From: an uncultured beta proteobacterium
GTDB taxonomy: Bacteria > Pseudomonadota > Gammaproteobacteria > Burkholderiales > Gallionellaceae
DNA: 64,000 nucleotides
Assembly: GCA_963734585.1 (NCBI GenBank)
Contig: CAVTHJ010000003.1
Location: 156,005 to 220,004 of the forward strand
Direction of reading: 5' to 3'
Part shown: piece by piece, positions 45,721 to 55,249 of the stretch
Layout of the letters: every line of letters begins with the position of its first letter
How positions within the stretch are numbered: the first letter of the stretch is position 1
The notes under the pieces: model-generated
Databases searched by the model: none
What the model was told of the DNA's origin: nothing
The model's input: only the letters and a program-made list of their open reading frames with translations
Program-made: the position numbers and the translations under genes

Positions 45721-46461
45721 TCAGGATTTATCGTGTGTTGCTGGAACTTGCTCATCCACTAGGTCCACCGCCTTCACCGCCACTGCCTTGCGCATTGCCA
45801 ACCACTTACCAAGCGCAAGGACCAACACCGCGCATGCCGCCGGAATCAGCCAATGCAATACATGCTGCGCTTCAACCAAGGGCTTGAACAGTGCCTCGCC
45901 GACCAACATCTCTCCTGCCACATAACCCAACAACGCCCCACCGCCGTAGATGATGAAAGGGAAGCGGTCGATCAGCTTCAGCACCAACTGGCTGCTCCAT
46001 GCAATCAGCGGGATACTGACCAGCAGGCCGAATATCAACAGCATCGCATTGCCATGTGCCGCGCCGGCCACGCCCAGCACGTTATCCAGGCTCATCACGA
46101 AGTCGGCGATGATGATGGTCTTCACCGCCCCCCACAGATGCGCCTCAGCCTTGATGTTGCCTTCGCCATGCTCATCGTCTTCCGGCAGGATGAGCTTGAT
46201 GCCGATCCAGATCAGCAGCAGCGCGCCGACCAGTTTGAGGTACGGCAACGCCAGCAGACCGACCGCGAAGAAGGTGAGCACCACGCGCAGGCCGATCGCG
46301 CCGACCACTCCGTAGAAGATACCCTTCTTGCGCTGTTCCAGCGGCAAGTTGCGGCACGCCAACGCGATCACCACTGCGTTGTCGCCCGACAACAGCAGGT
46401 CGATCATGATGATCTTGAATACATCCACCCAGAACTGGGCGCTCGACAACATTTCCAGCAT
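45721..46461 (-). CDS. TerC-family membrane protein (YjbE type)
   Basis: IDLLLSGDNAVVIALA; IADFVMSLDNV. Confidence 0.92.
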   Translation of the reverse strand: MLEMLSSAQFWVDVFKIIMIDLLLSGDNAVVIALACRNLPLEQRKKGIFYGVVGAIGLRVVLTFFAVGLLALPYLKLVGALLLIWIGIKLILPEDDEHGEGNIKAEAHLWGAVKTIIIADFVMSLDNVLGVAGAAHGNAMLLIFGLLVSIPLIAWSSQLVLKLIDRFPFIIYGGGALLGYVAGEMLVGEALFKPLVEAQHVLHWLIPAACAVLVLALGKWLAMRKAVAVKAVDLVDEQVPATHDKS

Positions 46462-46465
46462 CAGC

Positions 46466-47347
46466 TTATCCCTTCAAAATTTTTTGCATCGTGCGCCCCA
46501 TCTCCGCCGGATTGCGCGTGATATGGATGCCGCACTCTTCCATCACTGCCAGCTTCTCGTTGGCACCGCCTTGCCCGCCGGAGATGATCGCCCCGGCATG
46601 GCCCATGCGCTTGCCTTCCGGCGCGGTGACGCCCGCGATGAAACCAACCACGGGTTTCTTCATGTTGCCCTTGATCCAGCGCGCGCATTCCTCCTCGTCG
46701 CTGCCGCCGATCTCGCCGACCATGATCACCGCATCGGTCTCGGGATCGTCGTTGAACAGCTTCATCACATCGATATGCTTGAGGCCGTTGATCGGGTCGC
46801 CGCCGATACCGACACAGGACGATTGTCCATAGCCCAGCGCGCTGAGTTGCCCTACCGCTTCGTAAGTCAGCGTGCCGGAACGCGACACCACGCCGATGCG
46901 CCCCTTCTTGTGGATGTGGCCGGGCATGATGCCGATCTTGATCTCGTCCGGCGTGATGAGGCCGGGACAGTTCGGCCCGATGAGCAGCGTGCGCTTGCCT
47001 TGCATCTTGTAGCGCGTCTTGATCATGTCGTGCACCGGAATGCCTTCGGTGATGCAGATCACCAGATCGAGGTCGGCTTCCACCGCCTCGTCGATGGCCG
47101 CAGCCGCGCCTGACGGCGGCACATAGATCACCGACACGGTCGCACCGGTCGCTTCTTTCGCATCGCGCACCGAGGCATATACCGGAATGCCTTCGAACTC
47201 TTCGCCCGCTTTTTTCGGGTTCACCCCCGCCACGAAACAGTTCGCGCCGTTCGCATATTGCTTGCAGTGAAACGTGTGGAACTGGCCGACCTTGCCGGTC
47301 ATGCCTTGCGTGATGACTTTGGTGTCTTTGTTGATGAGGATGCTCAT
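46466..47347 (-). CDS. sucD: Succinyl-CoA synthetase alpha subunit
   Basis: [46 protein letters not shown]. Confidence 0.96.
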   Translation of the reverse strand: MSILINKDTKVITQGMTGKVGQFHTFHCKQYANGANCFVAGVNPKKAGEEFEGIPVYASVRDAKEATGATVSVIYVPPSGAAAAIDEAVEADLDLVICITEGIPVHDMIKTRYKMQGKRTLLIGPNCPGLITPDEIKIGIMPGHIHKKGRIGVVSRSGTLTYEAVGQLSALGYGQSSCVGIGGDPINGLKHIDVMKLFNDDPETDAVIMVGEIGGSDEEECARWIKGNMKKPVVGFIAGVTAPEGKRMGHAGAIISGGQGGANEKLAVMEECGIHITRNPAEMGRTMQKILKG

Positions 47348-48513
47348 TTCGCCCCCTTCGCTGCCGCAACGACCTTCTGTGCTGCGTCCGCCATATCGTT
47401 GCCGGAGATGATGGGCAAGCCGGATTCCGCCAGGATCTTCTTGCCGAGTTCGACGTTGGTGCCTTCCAGGCGCACCACCAGCGGCACGTTCAGACTCACC
47501 TCGCGCGCGGCCGCAACCACGCCTTCGGCGATCACGTCGCACTTCATGATGCCGCCGAAGATATTGACCAGGATCGCCTTGAGATGCGGGTTCTTCAGCA
47601 TCAGCTTGAACGCCTCGGTGACTTTTTCTTTGCTCGCACCGCCGCCCACATCGAGGAAGTTCGCCGGACTGCCGCCATACAGCTTGATGATGTCCATCGT
47701 CGCCATCGCCAGACCGGCGCCGTTCACCAGGCAGCCGATGTCGCCGTCGAGTTGGATGTAACTCAACTCGAATTTCGAGGCCTCGATCTCGGCCGGGTCT
47801 TCTTCATCCAGGTCGCGGTACGCGACGATCTCGGGGTGACGATACAGCGCGTTGGAATCGAAATTGAATTTTGCATCGAGAGCCACCACGCGATTGTCCG
47901 CCGTGAGCACCAACGGATTGATTTCGGCCAGCATCGCATCTTTCTCCACGAAAGCGTGATACAAGCCTTGCAGTACTTTCACCGCCTCGGCATTCGCCGC
48001 ATCGGGGATGCCGATGGCACGCGCCACTTGCGCCGCTTCGGCATCGGCCAATCCGTGCACTGGATCGATGCGCACGGTGCGGATCTTTTCCGGCGCATGT
48101 TTGGCGACCTCTTCGATCTCCATGCCGCCTTCGCTGGAGGCCAGCAAGGCCACGCGCTGCGCGCCGCGATCCACCACCATGCCGACGTAAAACTCTTTGA
48201 CGATCTGCGCGCCTTCTTCGATCAACAGACGCCGCACAATCTGCCCCTCCGGGCCGGTCTGATGCGTGACAAGGTGCATACCAAGGATCTGCCCGGCGTA
48301 CTGGCGCACTTCGTCCAGCGACTTCGCCACCTTCACGCCGCCGCCTTTACCGCGACCGCCCGCATGGATCTGCGCCTTCACCACCCAAACCTTGCCACCC
48401 AGTTGCTGCGCCGCGGCGACGGCCTCCTCAACATTGAAGCACGCCACCCCGCGCGGGGTTGGCACATCGTATGCGCGCAGTATTTCTTTACCTTGGTATT
48501 CGTGAATCTTCAT
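47344..48513 (-). CDS. sucC: Succinyl-CoA synthetase beta subunit
   Basis: [53 protein letters not shown]. Confidence 0.96.
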   Translation of the reverse strand: MKIHEYQGKEILRAYDVPTPRGVACFNVEEAVAAAQQLGGKVWVVKAQIHAGGRGKGGGVKVAKSLDEVRQYAGQILGMHLVTHQTGPEGQIVRRLLIEEGAQIVKEFYVGMVVDRGAQRVALLASSEGGMEIEEVAKHAPEKIRTVRIDPVHGLADAEAAQVARAIGIPDAANAEAVKVLQGLYHAFVEKDAMLAEINPLVLTADNRVVALDAKFNFDSNALYRHPEIVAYRDLDEEDPAEIEASKFELSYIQLDGDIGCLVNGAGLAMATMDIIKLYGGSPANFLDVGGGASKEKVTEAFKLMLKNPHLKAILVNIFGGIMKCDVIAEGVVAAAREVSLNVPLVVRLEGTNVELGKKILAESGLPIISGNDMADAAQKVVAAAKGAK

Positions 48514-48584
48514 GATGTGTGATCGTTTTGGAACAGGCCGAAATTTACCAGACCGAGACCGATTGCGCAGGCCTTTCAATGCAA

Positions 48585-48617
48585 CGGGGTCGCCGAGCGT
48601 TCAGCCCGACGACCCCG
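48585..48617. terminator. Stem-loop after the porin gene
   Basis: CGGGGTCG...CGACCCCG inverted repeat just past the stop codon; no clear U-tract. Confidence 0.45.
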
Positions 48618-48639
48618 CTAATTGATTACGGCAAGCGCC

Positions 48640-50796
48640 TTAGAAATCCCAGCGGAAACCGAGAGAATAGGTATACCGCGTCGTCTTGGTGCTTTGTGTC
48701 GGGCCGCTGTAATTGATGAATTCCAGCCCGGCATCTGCATCGATATACAGCGTGTCCCTGAGCTTGTAGGAGCCGCGTAACATCGGCGACGTCCGCTTGC
48801 TCTTGCCGGCAAACTGATCGGTGGAGTTGGAGTATTGCAGTGAAGTATCCAGCATCCAGCGATCAAAAGGGGTGTGGTTGTAGAGATACAGGGAATTGCC
48901 TTTGGCTTGACCAAAGTTCGTCCCCCCGCCGACCGACCAACTATCTCCGTCCTTGTACAGGTTGCTGCCGATCAACTGTGCGTTTATCCCTTTCTCCAGT
49001 CCTCGCCCTGGCAGGGCTGCCGTGCTTCCGGCAACGGCCGGCAGGGTTGGATCGCTTGCCGCCTGTCCGGTCGTGTTGGACAAACGCAGATTGGCGGACG
49101 CCTGCCAGTTCTTGCGCAGCGGCATCGAAAGGCCGACCTGCCCCATGTTGGTGATCGTGGCGCGAGCAAGCGCCAGTTTGCGCAGACTATCTGCCGACAT
49201 AGACTGCTCCAGGATCGACACCGACGAAGTCGTCGCACCATTCAAAGCACTACGGATGGTGATCGGCCTGCGATGATCGACCAAATAGTTCAGGTTATAC
49301 CCCTCCATGCTGATCGAGCCCATCACCTGCGCCGTGTTCACCGCCTTGAAATACGTGTCGTAATCGAGCAGTGCATAGACCATCTGCTTGTCTTTGAATT
49401 GACGGAATTCAGCGCCGAGCGCTCGACGATCTACCACCCCCTCGACTGACTGGTTGAGCGCGTAGACCGATACCGGTCCGCTATCCACGCTCGCCCCGGC
49501 GAAACTCGGCTTGCTGCCTTGCGAATAGTCCACCACCGTGCCTGCGACCGCATTGACGCGAAGGCTCTGCGCATCGCCATACCCGCCGCTGATGCCGTCG
49601 AAACGGTTCTGCACGCCAGCGCCCATCGGGCTTTGCCGCCCAAGCCGTACCAGGTAATCGCTGGTGCGGCCCTTGATCTCACCGTAGAAAGCATTCAGGC
49701 GGTTCTGGCTGGCGTGGTTGCTTTGGAAATTCATCATGCTCACGTCGCTAAACACGAGACGGCCATCGTAATCGTCGCTCAGATAGCGTTCGGACGCATT
49801 GACCGTGGAGATCAGCATGGACTGGTCGATCAACGACTGGGTCGAAGTGGTCGTTACATTGTTGAACACGTAAGTCGAATCGATCGTGCTGTTCCCGGAA
49901 TAGTAGCGGGAGGAGATACTGCCGAAAGACAGCAAGCGTGCGGTGCTCTTCTTCTTTTCCTCGACAATGATGTTGTCGGGCCTCTCCTCGACGCCTTTGC
50001 CAGACAGGATGTCCAGACGTCTTGCCACGCGCGCCGCGCCCTCGCCTTCCGGATACAAGCGCAGGTAAAGATCATATTCGACCTTGGCCTTTTCCGGCTG
50101 CCCGGTGCGTTCGCGCGCCACGCCGACCCACTCCTGACCGTCCTGGGTGTAGTCGTTCGGCGGCAACATCAGCAGCTTGTTGAAGGCATCCATAGCCGCA
50201 TCGTTGTTCTTGGAAGCCAGCGCATCTCGGCCTTTCGTCATCAGATCGAATGCCTGCTTGTTGGTCTCGGCCATCCTGGCCTGCTCCGCAGTCGGCGTCC
50301 CGGCAGGCGCAGCCAAGGGCTTGACCGTCGGCAAGACAGGCAGAGCGCCGCTAGCGGCCTGACGCTTCACCGGCCGTATCGTGATCAGGATGCTCTGGTT
50401 ATCCTTGCCCATGGCCACGCTGTACTCCGCTTCGCGCGAGAAGTTGACCACCAGCTTGGGCTTGTCGGTCTGCTGGCCGCGCGTGACCACCGTGAAGCTG
50501 GGAATAAGACCGGAAGGCGGCGATTTGCGCACTTCATTGTCGATCCACTTCTCGTCGCCCGACGGGCCCTGGATACGCTCATAAAAAATCTCCAACTCGT
50601 CGCCGTGGCTGGCTGGAAAATGGCTCAGATAACGCACCGGCCCAGTCAGGTGAATGGTGGCAACCACGCCACTATCCTGAAACTCCAGACTCACATCATC
50701 GAGCGGTTGCGCGAGCACATCGCCGACGGCGACAAGCAGCGCCAGCAAGCCGCCCAATATCCGGCTTGTATTAAAAAACGAGTTACGCGACATCAC
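48640..50796 (-). CDS. Outer-membrane beta-barrel (porin-like) protein with N-terminal periplasmic/TPR region, PCC3-like
   Basis: Signal peptide; TPR-like ARERTGQPEKAKVEYDLYLRLYP; alternating amphipathic strands; C-terminal YTYSLGFRWDF BAM signature; co-oriented with multiheme genes. Confidence 0.82.
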   Translation of the reverse strand: MMSRNSFFNTSRILGGLLALLVAVGDVLAQPLDDVSLEFQDSGVVATIHLTGPVRYLSHFPASHGDELEIFYERIQGPSGDEKWIDNEVRKSPPSGLIPSFTVVTRGQQTDKPKLVVNFSREAEYSVAMGKDNQSILITIRPVKRQAASGALPVLPTVKPLAAPAGTPTAEQARMAETNKQAFDLMTKGRDALASKNNDAAMDAFNKLLMLPPNDYTQDGQEWVGVARERTGQPEKAKVEYDLYLRLYPEGEGAARVARRLDILSGKGVEERPDNIIVEEKKKSTARLLSFGSISSRYYSGNSTIDSTYVFNNVTTTSTQSLIDQSMLISTVNASERYLSDDYDGRLVFSDVSMMNFQSNHASQNRLNAFYGEIKGRTSDYLVRLGRQSPMGAGVQNRFDGISGGYGDAQSLRVNAVAGTVVDYSQGSKPSFAGASVDSGPVSVYALNQSVEGVVDRRALGAEFRQFKDKQMVYALLDYDTYFKAVNTAQVMGSISMEGYNLNYLVDHRRPITIRSALNGATTSSVSILEQSMSADSLRKLALARATITNMGQVGLSMPLRKNWQASANLRLSNTTGQAASDPTLPAVAGSTAALPGRGLEKGINAQLIGSNLYKDGDSWSVGGGTNFGQAKGNSLYLYNHTPFDRWMLDTSLQYSNSTDQFAGKSKRTSPMLRGSYKLRDTLYIDADAGLEFINYSGPTQSTKTTRYTYSLGFRWDF

Positions 50797-50911
50797 TCTA
50801 CTCCTGTCTTACTTTTGATTATTTATGCATGACACCGGAGCCGGTCATTCTTCCCGGCACGATGAAAGATGGCGGGTGCGCTACTACAGCGCGTGCACCC
50901 GCCTTGACGCA

Positions 50912-52270
50912 TCAGGGATGATTCCACCGGTTGTACTGATTGGCATGGCAAGAGATGCAGTCTTGCGAGGCATTGTTGTAACCCTTATGCCCGTTCGACT
51001 TCTTCTCCATACCCGTGAAGTATGCTCCCGTATTAAGGCCTGAATCGTGACACTGCTTGCAGGGTACTGCGCCGATAATGGCGTGATTCATCCTGGTCCC
51101 CCACGCAGCGGCCGAGTGACAGCTCAGACAGCCCGGGTTCCCCAATACTGCCAATCCAGAGATATGGCTTGATGGGACCACTTTGAGCGGAGAATTGCCT
51201 GCAACGTGGCACTTCACGCAATTCGTCGAATATGCAGCATCGGCATGGTTGTATCTCGCCCCCAACCATGTCGAGTAGTTGGTCAACGTATGGCAAGAAT
51301 CGCAACCGCCATTTGGCCCAAGGCCCGGAATGATCCCGACAGTAGGCTTCTTCGCCACAGTATGGATAGTGCTTGCCGCTTGCTGCACATAACCGCTGTA
51401 AGTAGCCGCACCGTCATGGCAGGTCGTACAGGTGCTTACACCGCCATGATCAAACCTCGCCCCCACGAAAGTGGCAATGCTCTTGTGGCAGGATTGGCAA
51501 GTCGTCGACACCGGGAAAGGCGCCGCACCAATGGCGGCGTGGACAGAATGCACGGCATTCCGAACGCCCGGATACACTGTGCCCCCGACCCCTCCATGGC
51601 AGTTCTGGCACGCAGTCCCGGCGCCCGCGTGGTTATAGAAGGCGCTGAGGAAGGTGTAATAGTTGGTATGGCAAGCCTTGCAATTACCGGTAAATGTCGC
51701 CGGCCCCATGCTCATCGGCAAATGGGTGGCGACGTTGTAGTTGCGACCGGGACCAGCTGCCTGGTGGCAAACAGAACAGTCCGACGCAGTATCGCGGTGG
51801 TTCCAGCTTGCCGGTATCCAGGAAGTGGTACGGTGGCAGTTATCACATGAATAGATCGTCGCAGGATGATTGGACGGCTTGCCGGTCGAGATGCGCCCGT
51901 TGTGGCAATTGTCGCATTGGCCCGGCAATGCGGTACCGTGGTTGAAGCGGGCGCCGAAGAATGTGGAAGTGTTGAAGTGGCAGGTCTCGCACGGCGCGTC
52001 CGTCACGATGTGCTTTACAGATTTTGGCGTGGCCACCACGCGTTTGCCCACGGCGTGGCAACCGTCGCAAGCACGCGGGGTACCGACGAACACCCCGCCA
52101 ACGTGGCAGGATTCGCATGCTGTCGTGGCATGCACACCGACCAGCGGAAAGCCCGTGGACGTATGGTTGAATTCGCGGTCCTGCGCCTTGGTTGCGGCCT
52201 GCGCCTGCAAGGAAGCGAACGCCAGCAGCATGGCGAACAGACAGCCTGTGATTTTTCCCCAATGTTTCAT
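50912..52270 (-). CDS. 15-heme cytochrome c (putative outer/extracellular subunit)
   Basis: 15 CxxCH counted; Sec signal ending AQA; RBS GGAGGTGG before the ATG at 52270; repeated (F/Y/W)NH distal-His motifs. Confidence 0.92.
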   Translation of the reverse strand: MKHWGKITGCLFAMLLAFASLQAQAATKAQDREFNHTSTGFPLVGVHATTACESCHVGGVFVGTPRACDGCHAVGKRVVATPKSVKHIVTDAPCETCHFNTSTFFGARFNHGTALPGQCDNCHNGRISTGKPSNHPATIYSCDNCHRTTSWIPASWNHRDTASDCSVCHQAAGPGRNYNVATHLPMSMGPATFTGNCKACHTNYYTFLSAFYNHAGAGTACQNCHGGVGGTVYPGVRNAVHSVHAAIGAAPFPVSTTCQSCHKSIATFVGARFDHGGVSTCTTCHDGAATYSGYVQQAASTIHTVAKKPTVGIIPGLGPNGGCDSCHTLTNYSTWLGARYNHADAAYSTNCVKCHVAGNSPLKVVPSSHISGLAVLGNPGCLSCHSAAAWGTRMNHAIIGAVPCKQCHDSGLNTGAYFTGMEKKSNGHKGYNNASQDCISCHANQYNRWNHP

Positions 52271-52312
52271 ATCCCACCTCCGTAAAATATCCATTCACGT
52301 TCCCGCATCAGA

Positions 52313-54112
52313 TCACTTCTTGCGTGTTCGCACTACGTCCGTTCTTACTTGTTTCCAGTCATTGCCCACATGACAACGGTCGCAACGGTCCCCATAGCTG
52401 CCGTTGTGTACATCCTCGCGGTCATGACAACTGCCGCATGAACTGCCCAGCGTCACCTTCTTGCCCATCGGCTTGGAATGGCAGGTATAGCACTTGTTGG
52501 CCACCTTCTTGTGCGCGCCATTCAGCTTGAAATCGGTCTTGTTGTGATCGAAGTCCCAAGCCATCCAGTCGCGCACGTTGTGGCAATCCTGGCATTCGGT
52601 ACCGAAACGGCGCTTATGCACCTTCGCGTCGTCTTTCTCGTGACACGACCAGCAATCCGTCTCGGCGTCCTTGAATGTCGGAGCCGCATGACATTTCTTG
52701 CACTCGACCAGTATGTGCCGTCCCAGCAAGGGAAAGACCGACATGCGACCATGGTCGAAGGTCGTCTTGTGCCACGACTGCTCGTTGTGGCAGGACTCGC
52801 ACTTCTTGCCTTCCTGACCGTTGTGTTTATCTGCTTTCTCATGACAGGAGAAACACGTGGTCGGCAGCTTGTCCTTGAACAGATCGCCCTTATGGCAGCT
52901 TGAGCACTTGGCCTGCTTGTGCTTGCCCAGCAGCGGGTACTTGGTCTGCTTGCCATGATCGAAGACGATCTCTTTCCAATCGCGCTCGACGTGACAAGAC
53001 TCGCATTTCTTGCCAAAGTTCCCCTTGTGCGCCTTGTCGTCATCCTTCTTGTGGCATGAAACGCAGGCCATTTCCAGCTTGTCCTTGTACAGATCGCCCT
53101 TGTGGCAGCTTGTACACTTCAGCGGCGCGCGGTGCTTGCCGATCAGCGGGAATTTGGTCTTGTCGTGGTCGAACTTGATCTCTTTCCAATCCTTCTCGCT
53201 GTGGCACGACTCGCACTTGTTGCCGAACTTGCCCTTGTGTGCCTTTTCGTCTTCCTTCTTGTGACAGGAACTGCACTGCTTGGGCGTGTCCTTGAACTTG
53301 TTGTTGACATGGCACTCTGCGCACTTCACCTCGTTGTGTTTGCCCAGCAACGGATACTTGGTGAGCTTGTCGTGATCGAAGATGATCTCTTTCCAGCCTC
53401 GATCGACGTGACAAGACTCGCACTTCGTACCCAACTTGCCCTTGTGCGCCTTGTCGTCGTCTTTCTTGTGGCAAGAGCTGCACTGTTTGGGCGTATCCTT
53501 GAACTTGTTATCGATATGGCACTCGCCGCACTTCACGTCAGCGTGTTTGCCGCGCAACTTGAAGTCTGATTTGTCGTGATCGAACGAGGTGCTCTTCCAG
53601 TCCTTCTCGGAGTGACACTTCGCACAGTCCGTCCCCAAGCCGCCTTTATGCTTGTCGTCCTTCTTGTGGCACTCGTTACAGTAGCTGGGCGCTTCGCGGA
53701 ATTTCTTGCCCGCCTTGTGGCAATCCTCGCATTTGACCTTGGGATCGGTATGCTTTCCCTTTAACGGATAGTCAGTTTTCAGGTGATCGAATTTGGCATG
53801 GTCGAATGCAGCGGCGTTGAAATCTCGGCCTTTGTGCTCGGCGTGACATTCCTTACATTCCTTGGCGGCATCGAGACGCCCGTGATAACCGCGCTTCTCG
53901 GCGACATCCTTGCCGACTTCCTTGTGGCAATCCATACACAAAAGCGACTGCGCCTTCTTGTCGAACTTCTTGTGACACTTCTCGCAGGCCTCTTCTTCCT
54001 TGGCATGACCCTTGATGACATCGCCCGGCATCAGCAATTTGTTTGCCTGTGCCTGCATGGGGTACACGAACAAGAAGCTCGCCAAAGCGAGCACGCGGAA
54101 AACAATCGTCAT
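52313..54112 (-). CDS. 24-heme cytochrome c (putative periplasmic subunit) built from tri-heme repeats
   Basis: 24 CxxCH counted, in 8 triads; signal peptide MTIVFRVLALASFLFVYPMQAQA; very Lys-rich. Confidence 0.94.
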   Translation of the reverse strand: MTIVFRVLALASFLFVYPMQAQANKLLMPGDVIKGHAKEEEACEKCHKKFDKKAQSLLCMDCHKEVGKDVAEKRGYHGRLDAAKECKECHAEHKGRDFNAAAFDHAKFDHLKTDYPLKGKHTDPKVKCEDCHKAGKKFREAPSYCNECHKKDDKHKGGLGTDCAKCHSEKDWKSTSFDHDKSDFKLRGKHADVKCGECHIDNKFKDTPKQCSSCHKKDDDKAHKGKLGTKCESCHVDRGWKEIIFDHDKLTKYPLLGKHNEVKCAECHVNNKFKDTPKQCSSCHKKEDEKAHKGKFGNKCESCHSEKDWKEIKFDHDKTKFPLIGKHRAPLKCTSCHKGDLYKDKLEMACVSCHKKDDDKAHKGNFGKKCESCHVERDWKEIVFDHGKQTKYPLLGKHKQAKCSSCHKGDLFKDKLPTTCFSCHEKADKHNGQEGKKCESCHNEQSWHKTTFDHGRMSVFPLLGRHILVECKKCHAAPTFKDAETDCWSCHEKDDAKVHKRRFGTECQDCHNVRDWMAWDFDHNKTDFKLNGAHKKVANKCYTCHSKPMGKKVTLGSSCGSCHDREDVHNGSYGDRCDRCHVGNDWKQVRTDVVRTRKK

Positions 54113-54129
54113 TTGGTCACATCCGGGAA

Positions 54130-55026
54130 TCAATAGGCATGCACCGCATACACGTGGTAGATCGCACTGAACACCATCATGTACACCAGTGGGATATGGA
54201 AGATATGCCACCACGAGAACAGTCTCTCATAGGTGTGGAATTGCGCGGCATCGCGTACCGCTTCCAGATAGGCATTGATCTTTGCGCGATATTCTTTGAA
54301 CAGCGCTTCCATACTCTGGCGTTGCGCCGCCGTGAAATTGCTCTCTTTTGCCTGAGCCTTCATGATCCGGTGCAGCTGCCTGGGCAGTGTGATCGATAAC
54401 CACCAGGCACGGATACTCGACAAGATGAAATTACCGAAACCAAGGCCTGAAGATTTGGCGTACGTTTCTCTGCTCGCGCGAAATTCCTCCAGCGCTTTCT
54501 CGACACCGGGCGCGAAACTGAACACGGATTTCACATCACCCGACTGTTCCAGCGCAGCCTTCATTTCATTCACCGTGGACTGCCGTCCATACAAGCCGTG
54601 GTGGATCTTGGTATAGAAGAAACGTCCGAAGGTGCCACTACCTGACACCAGCACCATGCAATACATGGCGACGGCCGCATTGATGGAGCCGGTCGGGTGT
54701 ATATAGGGTATGTATACGTGATAGGTGGAATGGAAAATGATGGTGAGCGGCCCCAAAATTCCCAATACCATGTGCCATTTGAACCAAGAAGGCAGGAAGC
54801 CGAAGTTTTCCAGAAACCTCCAGCGCTTGCGCAAGGGATACAGCAACAATGTCAGCATCATCAACCCGCCAGCCAGCCCGAGGTTGTAGCCGAAATCGAA
54901 AAGCTCCTCACCCGGCTTATACAGCGTCTGCGGGTACACCACGAAATATCCGGCAAACGTGATGATGCCTACGATGCCGATGAATATCAGCCAGGCTCGA
55001 TGCTCCGATTGCTTATTTGCGTTCAT
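54130..55026 (-). CDS. Inner-membrane protein, ferric-reductase-like putative di-heme b
   Basis: Several TM helices; two H-x13-H helices (WHMVLGILGPLTIIFH and FHIPLVYMMVFSAIYH); first gene of the multiheme operon. Confidence 0.82.
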   Translation of the reverse strand: MNANKQSEHRAWLIFIGIVGIITFAGYFVVYPQTLYKPGEELFDFGYNLGLAGGLMMLTLLLYPLRKRWRFLENFGFLPSWFKWHMVLGILGPLTIIFHSTYHVYIPYIHPTGSINAAVAMYCMVLVSGSGTFGRFFYTKIHHGLYGRQSTVNEMKAALEQSGDVKSVFSFAPGVEKALEEFRASRETYAKSSGLGFGNFILSSIRAWWLSITLPRQLHRIMKAQAKESNFTAAQRQSMEALFKEYRAKINAYLEAVRDAAQFHTYERLFSWWHIFHIPLVYMMVFSAIYHVYAVHAY

Positions 55027-55066
55027 TCTTGCGTTCCAAAATTAGCCGCCTCATTTCGGGCGGCGA

Positions 55067-55095
55067 ATTATAATTGTGAACATCCACCCAGTAAA
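55067..55095 (-). promoter_or_regulatory. Sigma70-like promoter of the porin-cytochrome operon
   Basis: TTTACT-N17-TATAAT followed by a GC-rich stretch, ~40 bp before the IMP start. Confidence 0.6.
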
Positions 55096-55249
55096 TCATA
55101 TATTTGTCTTCCATTACCCGACGACATAGAATGCCCCGGCCTCGGACAGGGCTTGTCCGGGCAAGTTCCCAGCAAGCCAGAACTTTGCTCAAGCATGAAC
55201 TGTCTTACGTTACGATTTGCAACCTAACCGTTTTTACTGAAACCACATC

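Noticed and set aside
52313-54112. Periodic DNA repeats that might suggest a CRISPR array
   Set aside because: The repeats are in-frame coding tri-heme modules; there are no identical short repeats with unique spacers and no cas genes.
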